DNA of 64,000 nucleotides from Piedraia hortae CBS 480.64 (Eukaryota): the NCBI GenBank assembly GCA_010093745.1, contig MU005958.1, positions 310,001 to 374,000 of the forward strand, read 5' to 3'. Every line of letters begins with the position of its first letter. Position 1 is the stretch's first letter. Of this stretch, positions 1 through 11,944 are shown piece by piece. The translations under genes were made by a program, and so were the position numbers. Under the pieces are notes generated by a model. It was not told where the DNA came from, searched no databases, and saw only the letters and a program-made list of their open reading frames with translations.

Positions 1-2374
1 AGACGACAGCGTCAAGGAATTGCTGGTGGGCGCGGCTGAGGAGCTGAGTGTTAGACTGCGCACTCAGAATATGCTGCGCCAGTATCAGCCACATGTCCAT
101 GGTCTGCGAAATCTGATCCGCAAGAAGCCAATTGCGGAAGCCATAACGCACTCGCAAATGTGGGCGCCATCCCTTTCAAACCCGGCGCAGATTGAAACAG
201 AGACACTCTTGGGCCCCTTTTTCCGCCTTTCGCCGTTGGAGCCTTCAGTCGCTCAAACTTTTTTCTCTGCGCCCAAGACGCGAGACCAGAAATTTATCCA
301 AAATGCCCAGAACAGTATCCGGTTGGAGCTGCGTAACCACCAGCATCAGCTTTTCCAGATCGCAGACACGTTTGTGCGAGCTGGGGCTGGTCCCAAAGAA
401 AAAATGCTGAGTTGGTTTGCTCTATGTGTCAACAAAAACCACAAAAGGCGAGCCATGCAGGTTGACTACAAGGCCGTTTCCTCGGACGGGTTCATGTTGA
501 ACGTCACTACCACTCTAGATCGCCTGTGCGAGCCGTTTATGGATGCATCTTTTGCCAAGATTGATCGCATCGATGTTGACTACTTCCGGCGAAACCCACG
601 TGTTGATATTTCGGATGAAACCAAAATCAACGCTGATCAGAAAACATCAGACGAGTTTTACTCTCAACAGGCGACGGGCAGTCATGGCTTCATTTCCGAG
701 TGCTTTTTCCTGGCCGTTGCCGCACACCACTATGGCACTGAATCTACCCAGGAGCACATGTCCAAACTGAAGAAAACAGTCAAGCATTATGAGAAAGAAG
801 TGAGATCAATGGAGAGCGATAAATCGCGACTTCCTCCAAACGATTGGCAAGTGGCTCGGCTGGAAGAGGTCCTGAAGCGGTACAGGACAGCCATCGACGA
901 CTGCTGGAGCTCCATTTACGCCATGCAGGGGCCGTTGATGGATGATCTAACCCAATCACGCAGCATGCAGTTTATGCGGTACGTGATTGTCTGGCTGCTC
1001 CGTTTGATCTCGCATCAGAACATTCCAAGTGAGCAGATCCAGCTCCCACTACCGTCCGAACAGCCGGATAAGTTTCGCTGCTTGCCAGAGTATTTTCTGG
1101 AAGACATTGTAGAAAACTTCAAGTTCATCACCATGAACATGCCTTGGATCATGACAGTTCCGCAGAGCGAGGAGATTGTCCAGATTTGCGTGGCCCTACT
1201 GCGGAGTAGCGAATACGTCAAGAACATGGGGATCAAGTCCGGCCTCTCCTCCATCTTGTTCTACGGCTGCCAGTCCTTTGGCAATTACCCCAATGGTCTT
1301 TTGGGGGACATTCTGATTGGCTCGGCTTTTGCCCACAAGCATCTTTTGCACGCTTTGATGCGGTTCTACATAGAAGCCGAACACATGGGCACCCATACCC
1401 AATTCTATGATAAGTTCAACATACGCTTTGAGATCTTTCAGGTCATCAAGTGCATCTGGAAAAATGGTTTGTACCGCGAAAACCTGGCCAAAGAGGCCAA
1501 GGTAAACACCGACTTCTTTGTCCAATTCGTCAACATGATAGTAAACGACGTCACGTTTGTGCTCGATGAGAGTCTGACAAGTTTTACAAAAATTCACGAA
1601 CTAACGACTGAGATCAGAGACCCGGCCTTTCAAACTCTGGACGAGGAGCAACGCAAAAGCAAAGAAGAGCTACTCGAAGATCAAAAGAGCAAAGCCAAAA
1701 GCTACATGGGTCTCACACGAGAGTCGATGGAGACGTTGATTCTCTTCACAGAGACCTTGCCTGATGCTTTCACAATGCCTGAAATTGTCCAGCGGTTGGC
1801 AGACATGCTCGACTATAACCTCGACATCATGGTTGGATCTCGACGGACCTCTCTAATTGTCGAGAATCCATCAGAATACAACTGGAACCCAAAGGCCTTG
1901 CTTTCCGACATAATACGTGTCTTCCTCAACCTGTCTTCCAAAGAGCGGTTTATCCAGGCTGTTGCTCGTGATGGACGCAGCTACAAACCCTCGAGCTTCC
2001 AAGAAGCAGCCAATTTGATGAGGAACAAAATGGGGTGCTCAGAGGAGGTTCTCGTGGCCTGGAACTCGCTTGGTGAGCAGGTAGCAGCAGCCAAGGAAGC
2101 CGAAGAGGCTGAAGAGGCCGATCTTGGAGAAATCCCAGATGAATTTACGGATCCTCTTCTAGCAACCTGCATGACCGACCCCGTCATTCTGCCCGCTTCT
2201 CGAGCCGTCATCGACAGATCAACGATTAGATCTCACTTGCTTTCCGATCCACACGATCCGTTCAATCGCATGCCGTTGAAGCTCGAAGATGTCATCCCAA
2301 ACGATGAACTAAAGGCTCGGATTCAGCAGTGGAAGACAGAACGCCTGGCCGAGAAAAGGGGAAGCGCAGTGTAA
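1..2374 (+). CDS. UFD2: Ubiquitin conjugation factor E4 (U-box); 5' end lies outside the window
   Basis: Long ORF with Ufd2 core motifs (LLGPFFRLSPL, SSDGFMLN, QFYDKFNIR) and a C-terminal U-box (IPDEFTDPL...MTDPVILP...DRSTIRSHLLSDPHDPFNR). Confidence 0.95.
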   Translation, partial: DDSVKELLVGAAEELSVRLRTQNMLRQYQPHVHGLRNLIRKKPIAEAITHSQMWAPSLSNPAQIETETLLGPFFRLSPLEPSVAQTFFSAPKTRDQKFIQNAQNSIRLELRNHQHQLFQIADTFVRAGAGPKEKMLSWFALCVNKNHKRRAMQVDYKAVSSDGFMLNVTTTLDRLCEPFMDASFAKIDRIDVDYFRRNPRVDISDETKINADQKTSDEFYSQQATGSHGFISECFFLAVAAHHYGTESTQEHMSKLKKTVKHYEKEVRSMESDKSRLPPNDWQVARLEEVLKRYRTAIDDCWSSIYAMQGPLMDDLTQSRSMQFMRYVIVWLLRLISHQNIPSEQIQLPLPSEQPDKFRCLPEYFLEDIVENFKFITMNMPWIMTVPQSEEIVQICVALLRSSEYVKNMGIKSGLSSILFYGCQSFGNYPNGLLGDILIGSAFAHKHLLHALMRFYIEAEHMGTHTQFYDKFNIRFEIFQVIKCIWKNGLYRENLAKEAKVNTDFFVQFVNMIVNDVTFVLDESLTSFTKIHELTTEIRDPAFQTLDEEQRKSKEELLEDQKSKAKSYMGLTRESMETLILFTETLPDAFTMPEIVQRLADMLDYNLDIMVGSRRTSLIVENPSEYNWNPKALLSDIIRVFLNLSSKERFIQAVARDGRSYKPSSFQEAANLMRNKMGCSEEVLVAWNSLGEQVAAAKEAEEAEEADLGEIPDEFTDPLLATCMTDPVILPASRAVIDRSTIRSHLLSDPHDPFNRMPLKLEDVIPNDELKARIQQWKTERLAEKRGSAV

Positions 2375-2933
2375 GCTTTGAAAAGGTCTTGTAGTATCAG
2401 CCAGCTTTTGTAGAAGTGGTTTTGCAACAGGAAATGGAAAAAATGTGTTAGAGTAGTGGTGGCACTGATGTTGTCAACTTTTTCAATCCCCATCATCAAC
2501 TATATGTACAACATTGCTTCTCAGAGTGTGTTCGGTCGCATCAAATCACTTTAAATCTTCAAGGCGCATTCCTAGGGCAAACTTGGAACGAAGACTTGAG
2601 ACAGCAACAAAGCCAAATTTCTACGACAGCGACAAATATTGGCAGGATTATGAGCAGACTCCACAGTAGAATCAAATAAATCTGTCCTGCCAGGCGTGAT
2701 GTTCACGCCAGACGAACAACCCACAAACAAGGACCTCCCGAGGACATGGCCAAGAAATAGAGTACATTTATACGCTCTGTCAAGAATAAAGATACATTAA
2801 CCCCCAGCCGCCCAGCCGCCCGGCCAAAGAAAAAGGATGTCCAAGAAGTGTATGTATGGTCGTCATCATCTGTACGCAAACGAAACAACAAAAAAAAAAG
2901 CGCCGGCAATTTTTAGAGCATTGATGTATGCAA

Positions 2934-4793
2934 TCAGGCTGGGTTGATGAGGTTCATCTTGGGCCGCAGCTGAGTTGCGATATCGTCACGCGTCGTCACA
3001 ACCTCCTTTGGAATGCGAGACACGCGATATGCTCCGGCACGAACTGCGTCCAACTGCACAGCCGAAATGCCCGAACGAGCACTGCGTATGCTGCCAACGT
3101 CACTACCGTTGTCAGCATCACGCAGTCGCGCAGGAGGAGCGAAGTCGATTGACGTGAACTGTCCAGACTTTCGAAGCATATACGGAGAGGGCATGGCATG
3201 CAGATCGTCAAACGAGGATGCCAGCGGATTGAAAGCCTTCACGGCGGGACTGTACGGCCGCGCGCCCCCAAAAGGGCTATCTGGGCGGCCGCCATTCTGC
3301 AATTGCCTCATTGACGTCGGCGGCGCAAAGTCCATGGGCGCATCAATGACCGAGTCATACGACTTGAGTAAACCAGGCGTCGGCAACACGTTCAGGGCCT
3401 TGGGCGGCTCCCGCGGCTTCTGGGGAACCTGTGGAGAGGGTCCAGTGCGGCCTCGCGGTCGCGCCGTCTGCGTCGAATAGTGCCTTCCATGTGCCGAAGC
3501 CAAGTCGCGCTCACCAGCAGGCGGAGGAGTCATGGCACGGCGGCCAGGACCCTCGGCAAAGGGCTTGATGGCCATGCTTGGATCAACGTTCGGGTACTGG
3601 GCCTGGGCCGGGTTTGGCCGACCGTCCTCAAAATATTCCTTGTAAAAAGAGCGGATGCGATTGGCACGCATCTCGGGGTTGTCATCTGGCATGTCCGGCG
3701 GCAGCGGTCGAAGGCCCATGACAGCCACGGGCTCCGGTTCAGCTGCGGGGTACATTTCCGACGGGTTCGGGGTGTCGATGGAGAAGCGGCCAATGTGTCT
3801 GGGTCCAGCTGGCATCGAGTTCTCCATGGGCTCCTGAACAATGCGCGGGACAGGTACTGCTGCCTTCTGGGCCCTAGCCGCCTGCACAGCGGGATGTTGC
3901 AAGGGCGGCGATGGTCCAAGCTCATCAATGTTAGCCAGCGGCGTCTCCAGAGAGCCAAGACTGGCCTTTCTGCTACCTGGACGGCTGCGGCTGCGGCTGC
4001 GGCTGTGGAGCTGTCGCTGACCATTCTTTTCGTTCAGCGGAGAGTCGGGTTCTCCGCGGCGAGGCTCGGCACGCGATGGAGTCTGCGCATTACCAAGTAA
4101 CTCCTGCGATGAGTGCATAGTGGAAACCGAGTGTGTGGACATGTTGTCCTGCATCGGCCGCCTGGAGTCGGATGAGGTGCGCATCATAGCAACGGGGCGG
4201 TAGGGGTCGTTTTCACCCGGCATAGCCAAGGACATGCTGTGCAGCGAGTCCTTGGAACTCTTCAGTTCGCCAGGCATCACGTACGGACTGCCCATGTCCA
4301 TTGACTGCCCACGCCCTTTCCGGCCGCTGGTAGACCCCATGTCAGTCACTGTCATCTCAGGAATGCCACGTTTGCCGCCAGACGGAACAATATCGAGGCC
4401 GAAGTCGAGCGATTTGTGCGGATCGTTTGCGTCTTCGAGCGCCTGTTTGCGGACAGAGCGGCGGTGGAGAAAGAAGAGGACTACCAGGGCGCTAATGATG
4501 GGGATGCTGGAACACGTCAGTTTCGCCCCGTACGGTGCAGCGCGACCCCTTCCGACTTACGCAGCGCCAAGAACAATGGCAAGCGTGGTTGCGTTGGAAC
4601 TGTCCGTCGGTTTCTGGCACAAGGGCGAGTTTTCGTTGTCCTTGCACTTATCCGAGCTTGAGCCACTGTCGTCCCGCGCCAGCAGGGAACGGGCAAGCAG
4701 CCGCGCTACCTGCGTAGTATTGGCGGCAACATGATCGAGGTGCGGTTTGGTGATGTCCCACTTGGTCTGGGATGGCACCGAGGGGATCCGCAT
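2934..4793 (-). CDS. Conserved fungal single-pass membrane protein with Pro/Ser-rich cytoplasmic tail
   Basis: Exons 4793-4561 and 4506-2934 joined by a 54-nt intron (GTAAGT...CTGAC...CCAG); spliced TM helix TLAIVLGAAIPIISALVVLFFL followed by HRR; tail motif RANRIRSFYKEYF. Confidence 0.8.
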
Positions 4794-5973
4794 CTTGCAG
4801 ACACTGTGGACGGCGTAGCGTCTGTACAGTAATGGGCGGCGCGCGTGGGGACCAGTGGGCGATTTAACGAGTGGAAGGGAGTGACGAGCAAATGAAGGGA
4901 CTGCAGAGAAGGAGCGACTTGCCCACGAGAGGCCCCCAGATCGCGTAGAGGGAAGCGAAGAAGTGGGAGAGAAAGGAGCGGAATGTCAGGCACGGGCCAT
5001 GTCGCGCTAGACCCGAACGGGCCGCTACGGGCCATTTGCGTTACCGGCACTTGCTTTGGGACTCCACCGACTCCATGCCATCTTTCTCGAGGACCCAGTC
5101 ATGTTGTGTGCAGTCTAGAGCGATCACGTCTTTTCATATACCCATTTACCTACATGCCCTGACAACACCATCTAGATATAATAGCCGATCTACCCAGATC
5201 GTAGCCCGCAGCCCGCAGCCCGCCCGCCAACCATGTGGGGCCTGCACGTGCATCTACCTGCAGCCCAATGCGCCGTCAGACGGTTGTTAGAGTTGTTCTT
5301 CTGGTCTAGCAGAAAGTCTTTCCCCTTTCCCCCTCTAGCCGCTGCGGGGACCTTTGCCGTCGTGTCCTGGTTGGACCATATCGTTCAAATGAGTCCGGCG
5401 CGGTCCGCTCCGTTTGACGCCAAAGATATTGCCCCCTCCAAATTTATACTGTCGTGATTGCGGCGCCCCTGACGATCACTCGCGTTGTGGGTGGTTTCGC
5501 GTCACTTTTTGCCGGACAAATGCAGACTTCACCCTAATAACAATCGCAAAAGATCCGTCATACGATAGCCATTAATGGTCCTCTAAGCCTCGATCATGCA
5601 GCTCGCTCTGCTTTTGGACGGGCCGTTTACGAGCAGCCTCTCAAATGAGCCTGATTGGCCGGGCACATTATCGGTTCAATACCTGTCGGCTGCTCAGCGT
5701 TATGGCGTCTGATTGGCGGCTGCTGTGTACCTGACTAGACAAGGGGAACAGGAGGTGGTTCCTTGCGGGGTAAACGGTCCATCTAGACCCTCGGATGAAT
5801 GTCGCAGATGTCTCGTACGAGGATGCAGCCAGTCTGAACCGTCATCCACTCCCGACTATTAGAGGGTGCACTCAAGAGTATGTGAATTGACCGGAGAATG
5901 CACGACTAGAGACTTTGAATAAGAACGCTCGATCATTGTGATATACCATGGTGGTTTGCAAAATAACTGTACC

Positions 5974-7080
5974 TCATGTCCCAATCAAATGCAATACATA
6001 TTCTCCAGCCAGCCCAGTTACAATGGCACCGCCTGTGAACCAGGCGCCTCTTCTGAACCAATCACCACAATCTTTGATGCTGTCGAGGTTGACACTTTTA
6101 ATCATGTAGCCTAGCGTGATCGCGGCGCCGCCACAGCTGCCAATGTAGAATGCTGGGCCTGCCCCTACCATAGCTCCGGCTGCGGCGAGACAAACAACCT
6201 GCACTGTGGACACTGTCGCCATAAATCTTTTGGCATTAGCTGCTTGTGCAAGGGCAATACTCTTGACTCCGGCCTTGGCATCGTCCCGAATGTCCTGGTA
6301 CGCATAGATCATATCGTAGACTATAGTCCAGGCCACGCAGCTAGAGTATAGGCAAGCGGCGCTCGCCAATGCAGACATGTTGCTGAGAAGATCCACATCC
6401 ATGGCGGGAAACCCCAGGAAGGCACCCCAAGAAAACGTGAGCCCTAGCACAAACTGAGGGTAATTTGTCACCCGCTTCGCCAAGGGATATATTGCAACCA
6501 GTAGCAGACTTGGCGTGGCGTAGTAGAAGCATTGCCATGGAAACTGCAGCAGAATCACCAATCCGATTAGGAGCTGTACTCCCAGATATGGCACCGCTTG
6601 ATAGATGCTGATTGCGCCTCTTGCTATTGGTCGTAACCTCGTGCGGGCGACGTGCGGGTCAAAATTTCGATCCCAAAGATCGTTCACCGTACAACCCGCC
6701 CCTCGCATTATTAACGCACCGGAGAAGAAGAGAAAGCCGGTACTGACGACGGATAAAGGTGGTGGTAAGGGCTTAGCGACTGTGGCAGCTAAAAGTGTGC
6801 TGAACAGACAAGGTAAAAAGAGGTAGTATGTGCCCGCCGGCTTATCCAGACGGATCAGTTCTCCATATGGTACCCATGTCCGCGGCAATATTGACAGTAT
6901 CCCCGTTGTGGGTGGTTTATAATAGTCTGCTGTCCTTTGCTTTGCGACCGCGGTCCATCGTTTGAGTGTTAACTGGATTTTCGGTCCGGATCCCTTGCCT
7001 ATACCATGGAATTGGTTTGGGCTATGGGCAAAGAGCTTTGGCGTCGTGAGCAACCGATTGCACCTCAATGGTCTCGCCAT
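5974..7080 (-). CDS. COQ2: 4-hydroxybenzoate polyprenyltransferase (UbiA family), mitochondrial
   Basis: RLDKPAG, MRGAGCTVNDLWDRNFDPHVARTRLRP, YDMIYAYQDIRDD motifs; basic N-terminal presequence. Confidence 0.95.
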   Translation of the reverse strand: MARPLRCNRLLTTPKLFAHSPNQFHGIGKGSGPKIQLTLKRWTAVAKQRTADYYKPPTTGILSILPRTWVPYGELIRLDKPAGTYYLFLPCLFSTLLAATVAKPLPPPLSVVSTGFLFFSGALIMRGAGCTVNDLWDRNFDPHVARTRLRPIARGAISIYQAVPYLGVQLLIGLVILLQFPWQCFYYATPSLLLVAIYPLAKRVTNYPQFVLGLTFSWGAFLGFPAMDVDLLSNMSALASAACLYSSCVAWTIVYDMIYAYQDIRDDAKAGVKSIALAQAANAKRFMATVSTVQVVCLAAAGAMVGAGPAFYIGSCGGAAITLGYMIKSVNLDSIKDCGDWFRRGAWFTGGAIVTGLAGEYVLHLIGT

Positions 7081-7174
7081 GTGGTTACAACTTCCTGATT
7101 AGGAATTACACGACTGAATTCTGATGCCTTAGGCAATACACAAAAGGGCTTGGCGGGTGGTCTTCGCCAGCGAC

Positions 7175-8041
7175 ATGTCAGATCAAGACGAGAATTATCG
7201 CTTACTGGAGCTTCGATTCAAAGACGACCTACAAGACTTCCAATCATCCAGCTCAACATTCAGGAAGCTGCGGACTATCGACCCTAGTGCAACCAATGAA
7301 GCTCCGGAAACGCTCTTCATATTGGACTCTTCTTTCAACCCACCGTCTGTAGCACACCATACATTAGCCTTAGCAGCAATACATAATTGCTACAGTGAAA
7401 ACTTCCCAAAACCCGCTCGTCTACTGCTGTTATTTGCTACAATGAACGCGGATAAAGCACCGGAAGCCGCATCGTTTGCACAGCGTTTAACCATGATGAA
7501 TCTCCTTGCTGAAGACATAATCAAAAGCACAAGGGGCAGGGCGAACGAGTATCCCGTGATGCCAATTGACATTTGCGTAACGACGAAACCGTACTACACC
7601 GAAAAATCCAGAGCAATCCAAGCTGAAGGTCAAGAATGGTATTCTGGGGCGCCAAAGCATATCCATCTCATGGGATACGACACTTTGACTCGTCTTTTCG
7701 CATCACGATATTACGAAGGCTTCCACCCGCCGTTATCGGCCTTGAGCCCGTACTTTCAACAAAACCACCGACTCCAGGTCACCCTAAGGCCCAGCGGACA
7801 ATTTGGGTCCGTAGATGAGCAAAGATCCTTTGTTGAAAGAATCAGAGATGGCCATTTAGAGCCAGAAGGCGGTAAACGCGAATGGGCGAAGCAAATTGAT
7901 CTCTCCCCGCCGAGTTCCAAGGTTGGCGTCAGTAGCACGACAATTAGAAGGGCCGCCTGCTCTGGCAACGACGAAACGGTGAGTGAGCTCTGTACTCCAA
8001 ACGTCGCAAAGTACGTGCTACGCGAGAGGCCTTATGAATAA
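7175..8041 (+). CDS. POF1: Cytidylyltransferase-fold nicotinamide mononucleotide adenylyltransferase, Pof1-like
   Basis: LFILDSSFNPPSVAH, NADK, GYDTLTR and VSSTTIR motifs; first ATG at 7175. Confidence 0.8.
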   Translation: MSDQDENYRLLELRFKDDLQDFQSSSSTFRKLRTIDPSATNEAPETLFILDSSFNPPSVAHHTLALAAIHNCYSENFPKPARLLLLFATMNADKAPEAASFAQRLTMMNLLAEDIIKSTRGRANEYPVMPIDICVTTKPYYTEKSRAIQAEGQEWYSGAPKHIHLMGYDTLTRLFASRYYEGFHPPLSALSPYFQQNHRLQVTLRPSGQFGSVDEQRSFVERIRDGHLEPEGGKREWAKQIDLSPPSSKVGVSSTTIRRAACSGNDETVSELCTPNVAKYVLRERPYE

Positions 8042-8192
8042 GCCTTCGACGTCCCACAATGGTAAGAGGGTTGACGTAGACGCTAGAATCGTGGAAACTG
8101 CTCATGTATCTGTAAGCATCAGTAGTTATTAAGTATGATTATTGTACACTATCGGGACCGGTGGTCGGGACATCCAACACGGTCTTACAGAT

Positions 8193-8762
8193 CTATTTCG
8201 AGGGCCTGCCAATGTTCCAGCCCCTTGCTCTGAGAAACTTTACAAGTTTGGGCGTTACAGCAGCAGTGAGGGGTATACGGAAAAAGATGAGGGATTTGTG
8301 GACACCATATGCGAGAAGCAACTGAGTCCAGATGCCTACCAAGAGATTAGTATGGATTGATCCTACCCTGATCCAAAACTCACTTGCGTCCCTCTTTCCA
8401 GATTTCACATCAGCCTCAATTTCAGAAACGTCCGAGGGTGCTTCTTCCTGTTTGTTGCTTCGCATGTCCAAACCCACGCTGCCGACAAGCTGCCAAAAAG
8501 CTTTTACCACCGCATGTTCAGCTTGCGCAATCCGGTCAGTGCCTAGCCACTGCACTGCAAGAAAGCAAAGCGGAAAGTCGAGCACCGATAAGCCAAGATA
8601 GACGCCGACTGCAGCATAGCCATATTTTCGGGAAAGTTCTTTAAAGCGGCTTGTCGGCTTCTGTGCCGGCGTCTGTGTACTGTTGAGGCGATGGCATCGC
8701 CACGGCGGCCTCGTAGATACAGTTCTGGTTCGTGAAAGAGCCAGGAAGCGTCTTCCCAGCAT
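8193..8762 (-). CDS. NAT2: Mitochondrial DUF1279 / FAM210 / Nat2-like protein
   Basis: LSRKYGYAAVGVYLGLSVLDFP and AYGVHKSLIFFRIPLTAAVTP; in-frame 48-nt intron 8383-8336 (GTGAGT...CTAAT...TAG). Confidence 0.8.
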   Translation of the reverse strand: MLGRRFLALSRTRTVSTRPPWRCHRLNSTQTPAQKPTSRFKELSRKYGYAAVGVYLGLSVLDFPLCFLAVQWLGTDRIAQAEHAVVKAFWQLVGSVGLDMRSNKQEEAPSDVSEIEADVKSGKRDASEFWIRVGSIHTNLLVGIWTQLLLAYGVHKSLIFFRIPLTAAVTPKLVKFLRARGWNIGRPSK

Positions 8763-9665
8763 ATTTTGGCCTCTAGCAGCTCGTCTCGCCGGCAGTTGCC
8801 GACCTGAACTGTGTCACGTGCATTTTATGTTTCATACATTATAACTCCATAATTATGGAATGATTATTATAAATAGTATAATTTGGACAGCCTTGTAACG
8901 AGCTTACCGAAAGCGGAAAGGGCCCGTTCCCGCTACCTCACATCCCCACGACCATAATCTCCTGTCTTGTGGGATCTAGATTTTCGGATCACCTCTCCCC
9001 TAACAACGTCGTTCTCAACAGGCCGATCATGCATGCCGCGAACGGGGGAGAGCTGCCAGTGGCCCGTGGCACCTTTTTTTTAGTGTCGGAACGCTGTACA
9101 TGCCAGGCTCTCGCGCCGCAGCGATGATCATTTCCCGCCTGTGGGTGTCCAACGCAAAAGGCGAGGGAAGCAACAATGAGGGAGTGGGGTAATTGAAAAA
9201 GAAAATGAGCCTCTGTATGACCAGGCTTATGGTTAATTGCGGCTTGCCAGTAAAGCTATTGTGTCCCAACCGTTCCAAACCCCGGAACATTTCGCTTTTG
9301 ACCTAACCAGGGTATACCCTCCAACCTCAACGATGATGCAAGCGCCAGCCAAAGCAGAGCCCTCAATTGTGTCAACAACGGGTGTGAAAAAGCTTAAGGG
9401 ATAACTTGCCGGAAACGGTCTTGATTTGACGCAGTAGATAACTCTCTTTTCCAATAGAGTGTGCATGGTATCTTCTCGCAGGACGCATGGTCGACCATCA
9501 ATCTTCCCCCCCCTCCCCCCACACACATACAGGTACTTTAAAAAAGGCTGATTGCTTTCTGGTTCTCCTACTTCTATTTTGTTTCCAGCCTCGATTCCCC
9601 CCTGTCCCCTCCACAGCTGAGAAAGAGACATGGGCAGCCTTGCTACCGGCTCGAAATACTCTCGA

Positions 9666-9959
9666 ATGAACAACTCCCAGGAAGTGATGGGGCCGCTTAC
9701 GTATCAGCGAGCGTTGGACATTGCACGAAATACAGAGGACGATCTGGACAAGTACGTTCTGGACTACTTGGAGAAGGCGCTCGTGGACATTTGGCAACGC
9801 ATCCAGGACAGCCCGCACGAATACGTGCTCACGCGAGACGAATTTGCCATTTTCAATTTCTTCAGGCCACGTTTTGCCAACTCGTCAGAGGCTGAGCTCG
9901 CTGTGTGCCGGTACTGGGATCACGCTCAGGGCGGCGAATCTGCCGACGGGGGGCATTGA
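9666..9959 (+). CDS. Small (~97 aa) conserved fungal hypothetical protein
   Basis: ATG-started ORF with globular composition (LTYQRALDIARNTE...IWQRIQ...YVLTRDEFAIFNFFRPRF...RYW), resembling a small Pezizomycotina family I recall. Confidence 0.7.
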   Translation: MNNSQEVMGPLTYQRALDIARNTEDDLDKYVLDYLEKALVDIWQRIQDSPHEYVLTRDEFAIFNFFRPRFANSSEAELAVCRYWDHAQGGESADGGH

Positions 9960-11944
9960 GGACTTCTGGAAGGCGAGTCAGGCAACCGCGCATGGTGAGA
10001 GCCTCACAGCCTGTTTTCCCCAACTATTAACTAATGCGTTTGTTAAGGGGGGTCCACGCGTATCGGGAGAGAGGGGCAGCTAATGATCGTGTGCTTACGC
10101 GCGGGCCGGCAGTGACAGGGGTGTTACCTTGCTGTACTTTTAGCGTTCTCTTCCTCACTATTTTGGTATTGAGATTTGTGGCGAAGAAGAGCTTGCCACG
10201 ATGCTGTGTACCCCTCAACCGCATTCAAGAAGATGCAGACTTGCTTCGTCGCCGTGGGTCTCTGGTCCAAGCCCGCCTAAACGGCGCACAGCTGATGTGG
10301 CGAACGAAGGAGAAGCAAGAAACGGACTTGAGGGTCATATGGACGACCAGGAAGGAGCACGATAGTTTTTCACAGGCTTTCCGACTTACCTTTGACTTGC
10401 CAAGAACCACGCAGGCATGAGGCCCCGAGAACCCAACCCTCGAGCTACAAAACCAAGTTCTCTCCTGGGTCTGGGTCCGATCTCAGGGCCAGAACGATTC
10501 TCGGCGCGAGTTGGGCATAGATGCTTTTGCATTTTTAGAGCCTGCGTATCCTGAGTGGAAAGTACGAAAGAGAGACCAGCTGCCGTCGCTCCTCGAGGGT
10601 TTGGTGCTGCAGTTACAGAACCAGCGAACGGCTGGCCTGTTCGGGTGGAAAGGCTGCCTTCTCACCACCGAAGAGGGCCTCTGGGTACGATGGCCATCGA
10701 CGCAATACTCGGTCCCTTTGGCTCGTGGTAGGGGTCTGCCAAGAGGAAGAGTACGGATCTGCTTGGCCCATATTAAGGGCCTTGTTGGTTGGCTGGCTAC
10801 GCACCAACTCAGCCCAAACCTCTTTTAAAGTATCACCAATAGAAAAGGCCACCATATACTGCCCATGCACTAATGCCCATTCGTCTGAGGGTTTTAACCA
10901 ATGGACTTGCATGCTATGCACCCTCTTAAGGGATGCAGCCTGCAGCCTTGAAAAGCAACACATGCCCCGCGCACAACGCCCTCAAGCAGATGGATTGTAA
11001 GATCTGAACTGTCTCAAGGCAGAGCGCTAAACAAACAGAGTTTGACACTTGTGTGTCAACTCTATGCTAAAACAAAGCGGTGGGGTTTAAAGTTTTACGT
11101 TTGGGGCCACCTTGTACCGTTGAAGTTTTGACAAATGTTCAACACGTGTATCTATGTCGTACAACGATATATCAAAGGGGGATAAGCTTAATGGAATTTG
11201 CTGGCCATGCTTGGTTTGCATACGACTCTATGGAAGGGGCGAGTGGACTATACATGCAAAGGATTCGGAGATGATATGATCGACGAGGCTATAGGACACT
11301 TATTCGTGCCCACTTTCTGGGTTATATCGCACGCAGCTGTCCCAAATGATCTGTGGCAAGAAACCAAATGGCATGGCTCTTCATTGCACATCGATATGAT
11401 TGACAAGGTTAACATTTCATTTTCTTCGCCTTGGTTGCCAGAGCCTCGCATCATCAAAAACACATGCTTTTTCTCAGGACATGAACCTTCTCCAACAATC
11501 ATATGATCAGCCATTATAGGGGCACCTGTTGAAGTCGGGCCTTTTTCATCCGTGATAGACATCCTATCCAAGGCCTTGAATCCTTTTCTTCGTCTTTGCG
11601 AATATGAAGCTAGTTACTGGTCGCCTTAGTGTATGAACTCTGGGGCTAGATTTCCTTGAGGGGCCGGTGCCATATCCTACTTTCATTGTAAAATAGTGTG
11701 TTTGATTTTGACGACGCTCATGCTGTAGGTTGGCGGTCCCAAGAATTGGTGAATGCAAAGTATTGGATCTATTGTAGATGCCGAGCTTTCAGAATACGTA
11801 GGGAGTTGACACTGCCAGCGCACATGTAACTGGTTTCAGTGCGGTGAGGTAATCGAGTATGACATTACAGCACTACGCTAGCCCCACTAATCCTAACCCA
11901 AATCGACCTCACCTCTTCCATCTCCTCCTGCGCCAACGTCGAGT

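Noticed and set aside
11886..11902. CTAATCCTAACCC, telomere- or telomerase-template-like
   Set aside because: Imperfect single copy in a promoter with no supporting structure
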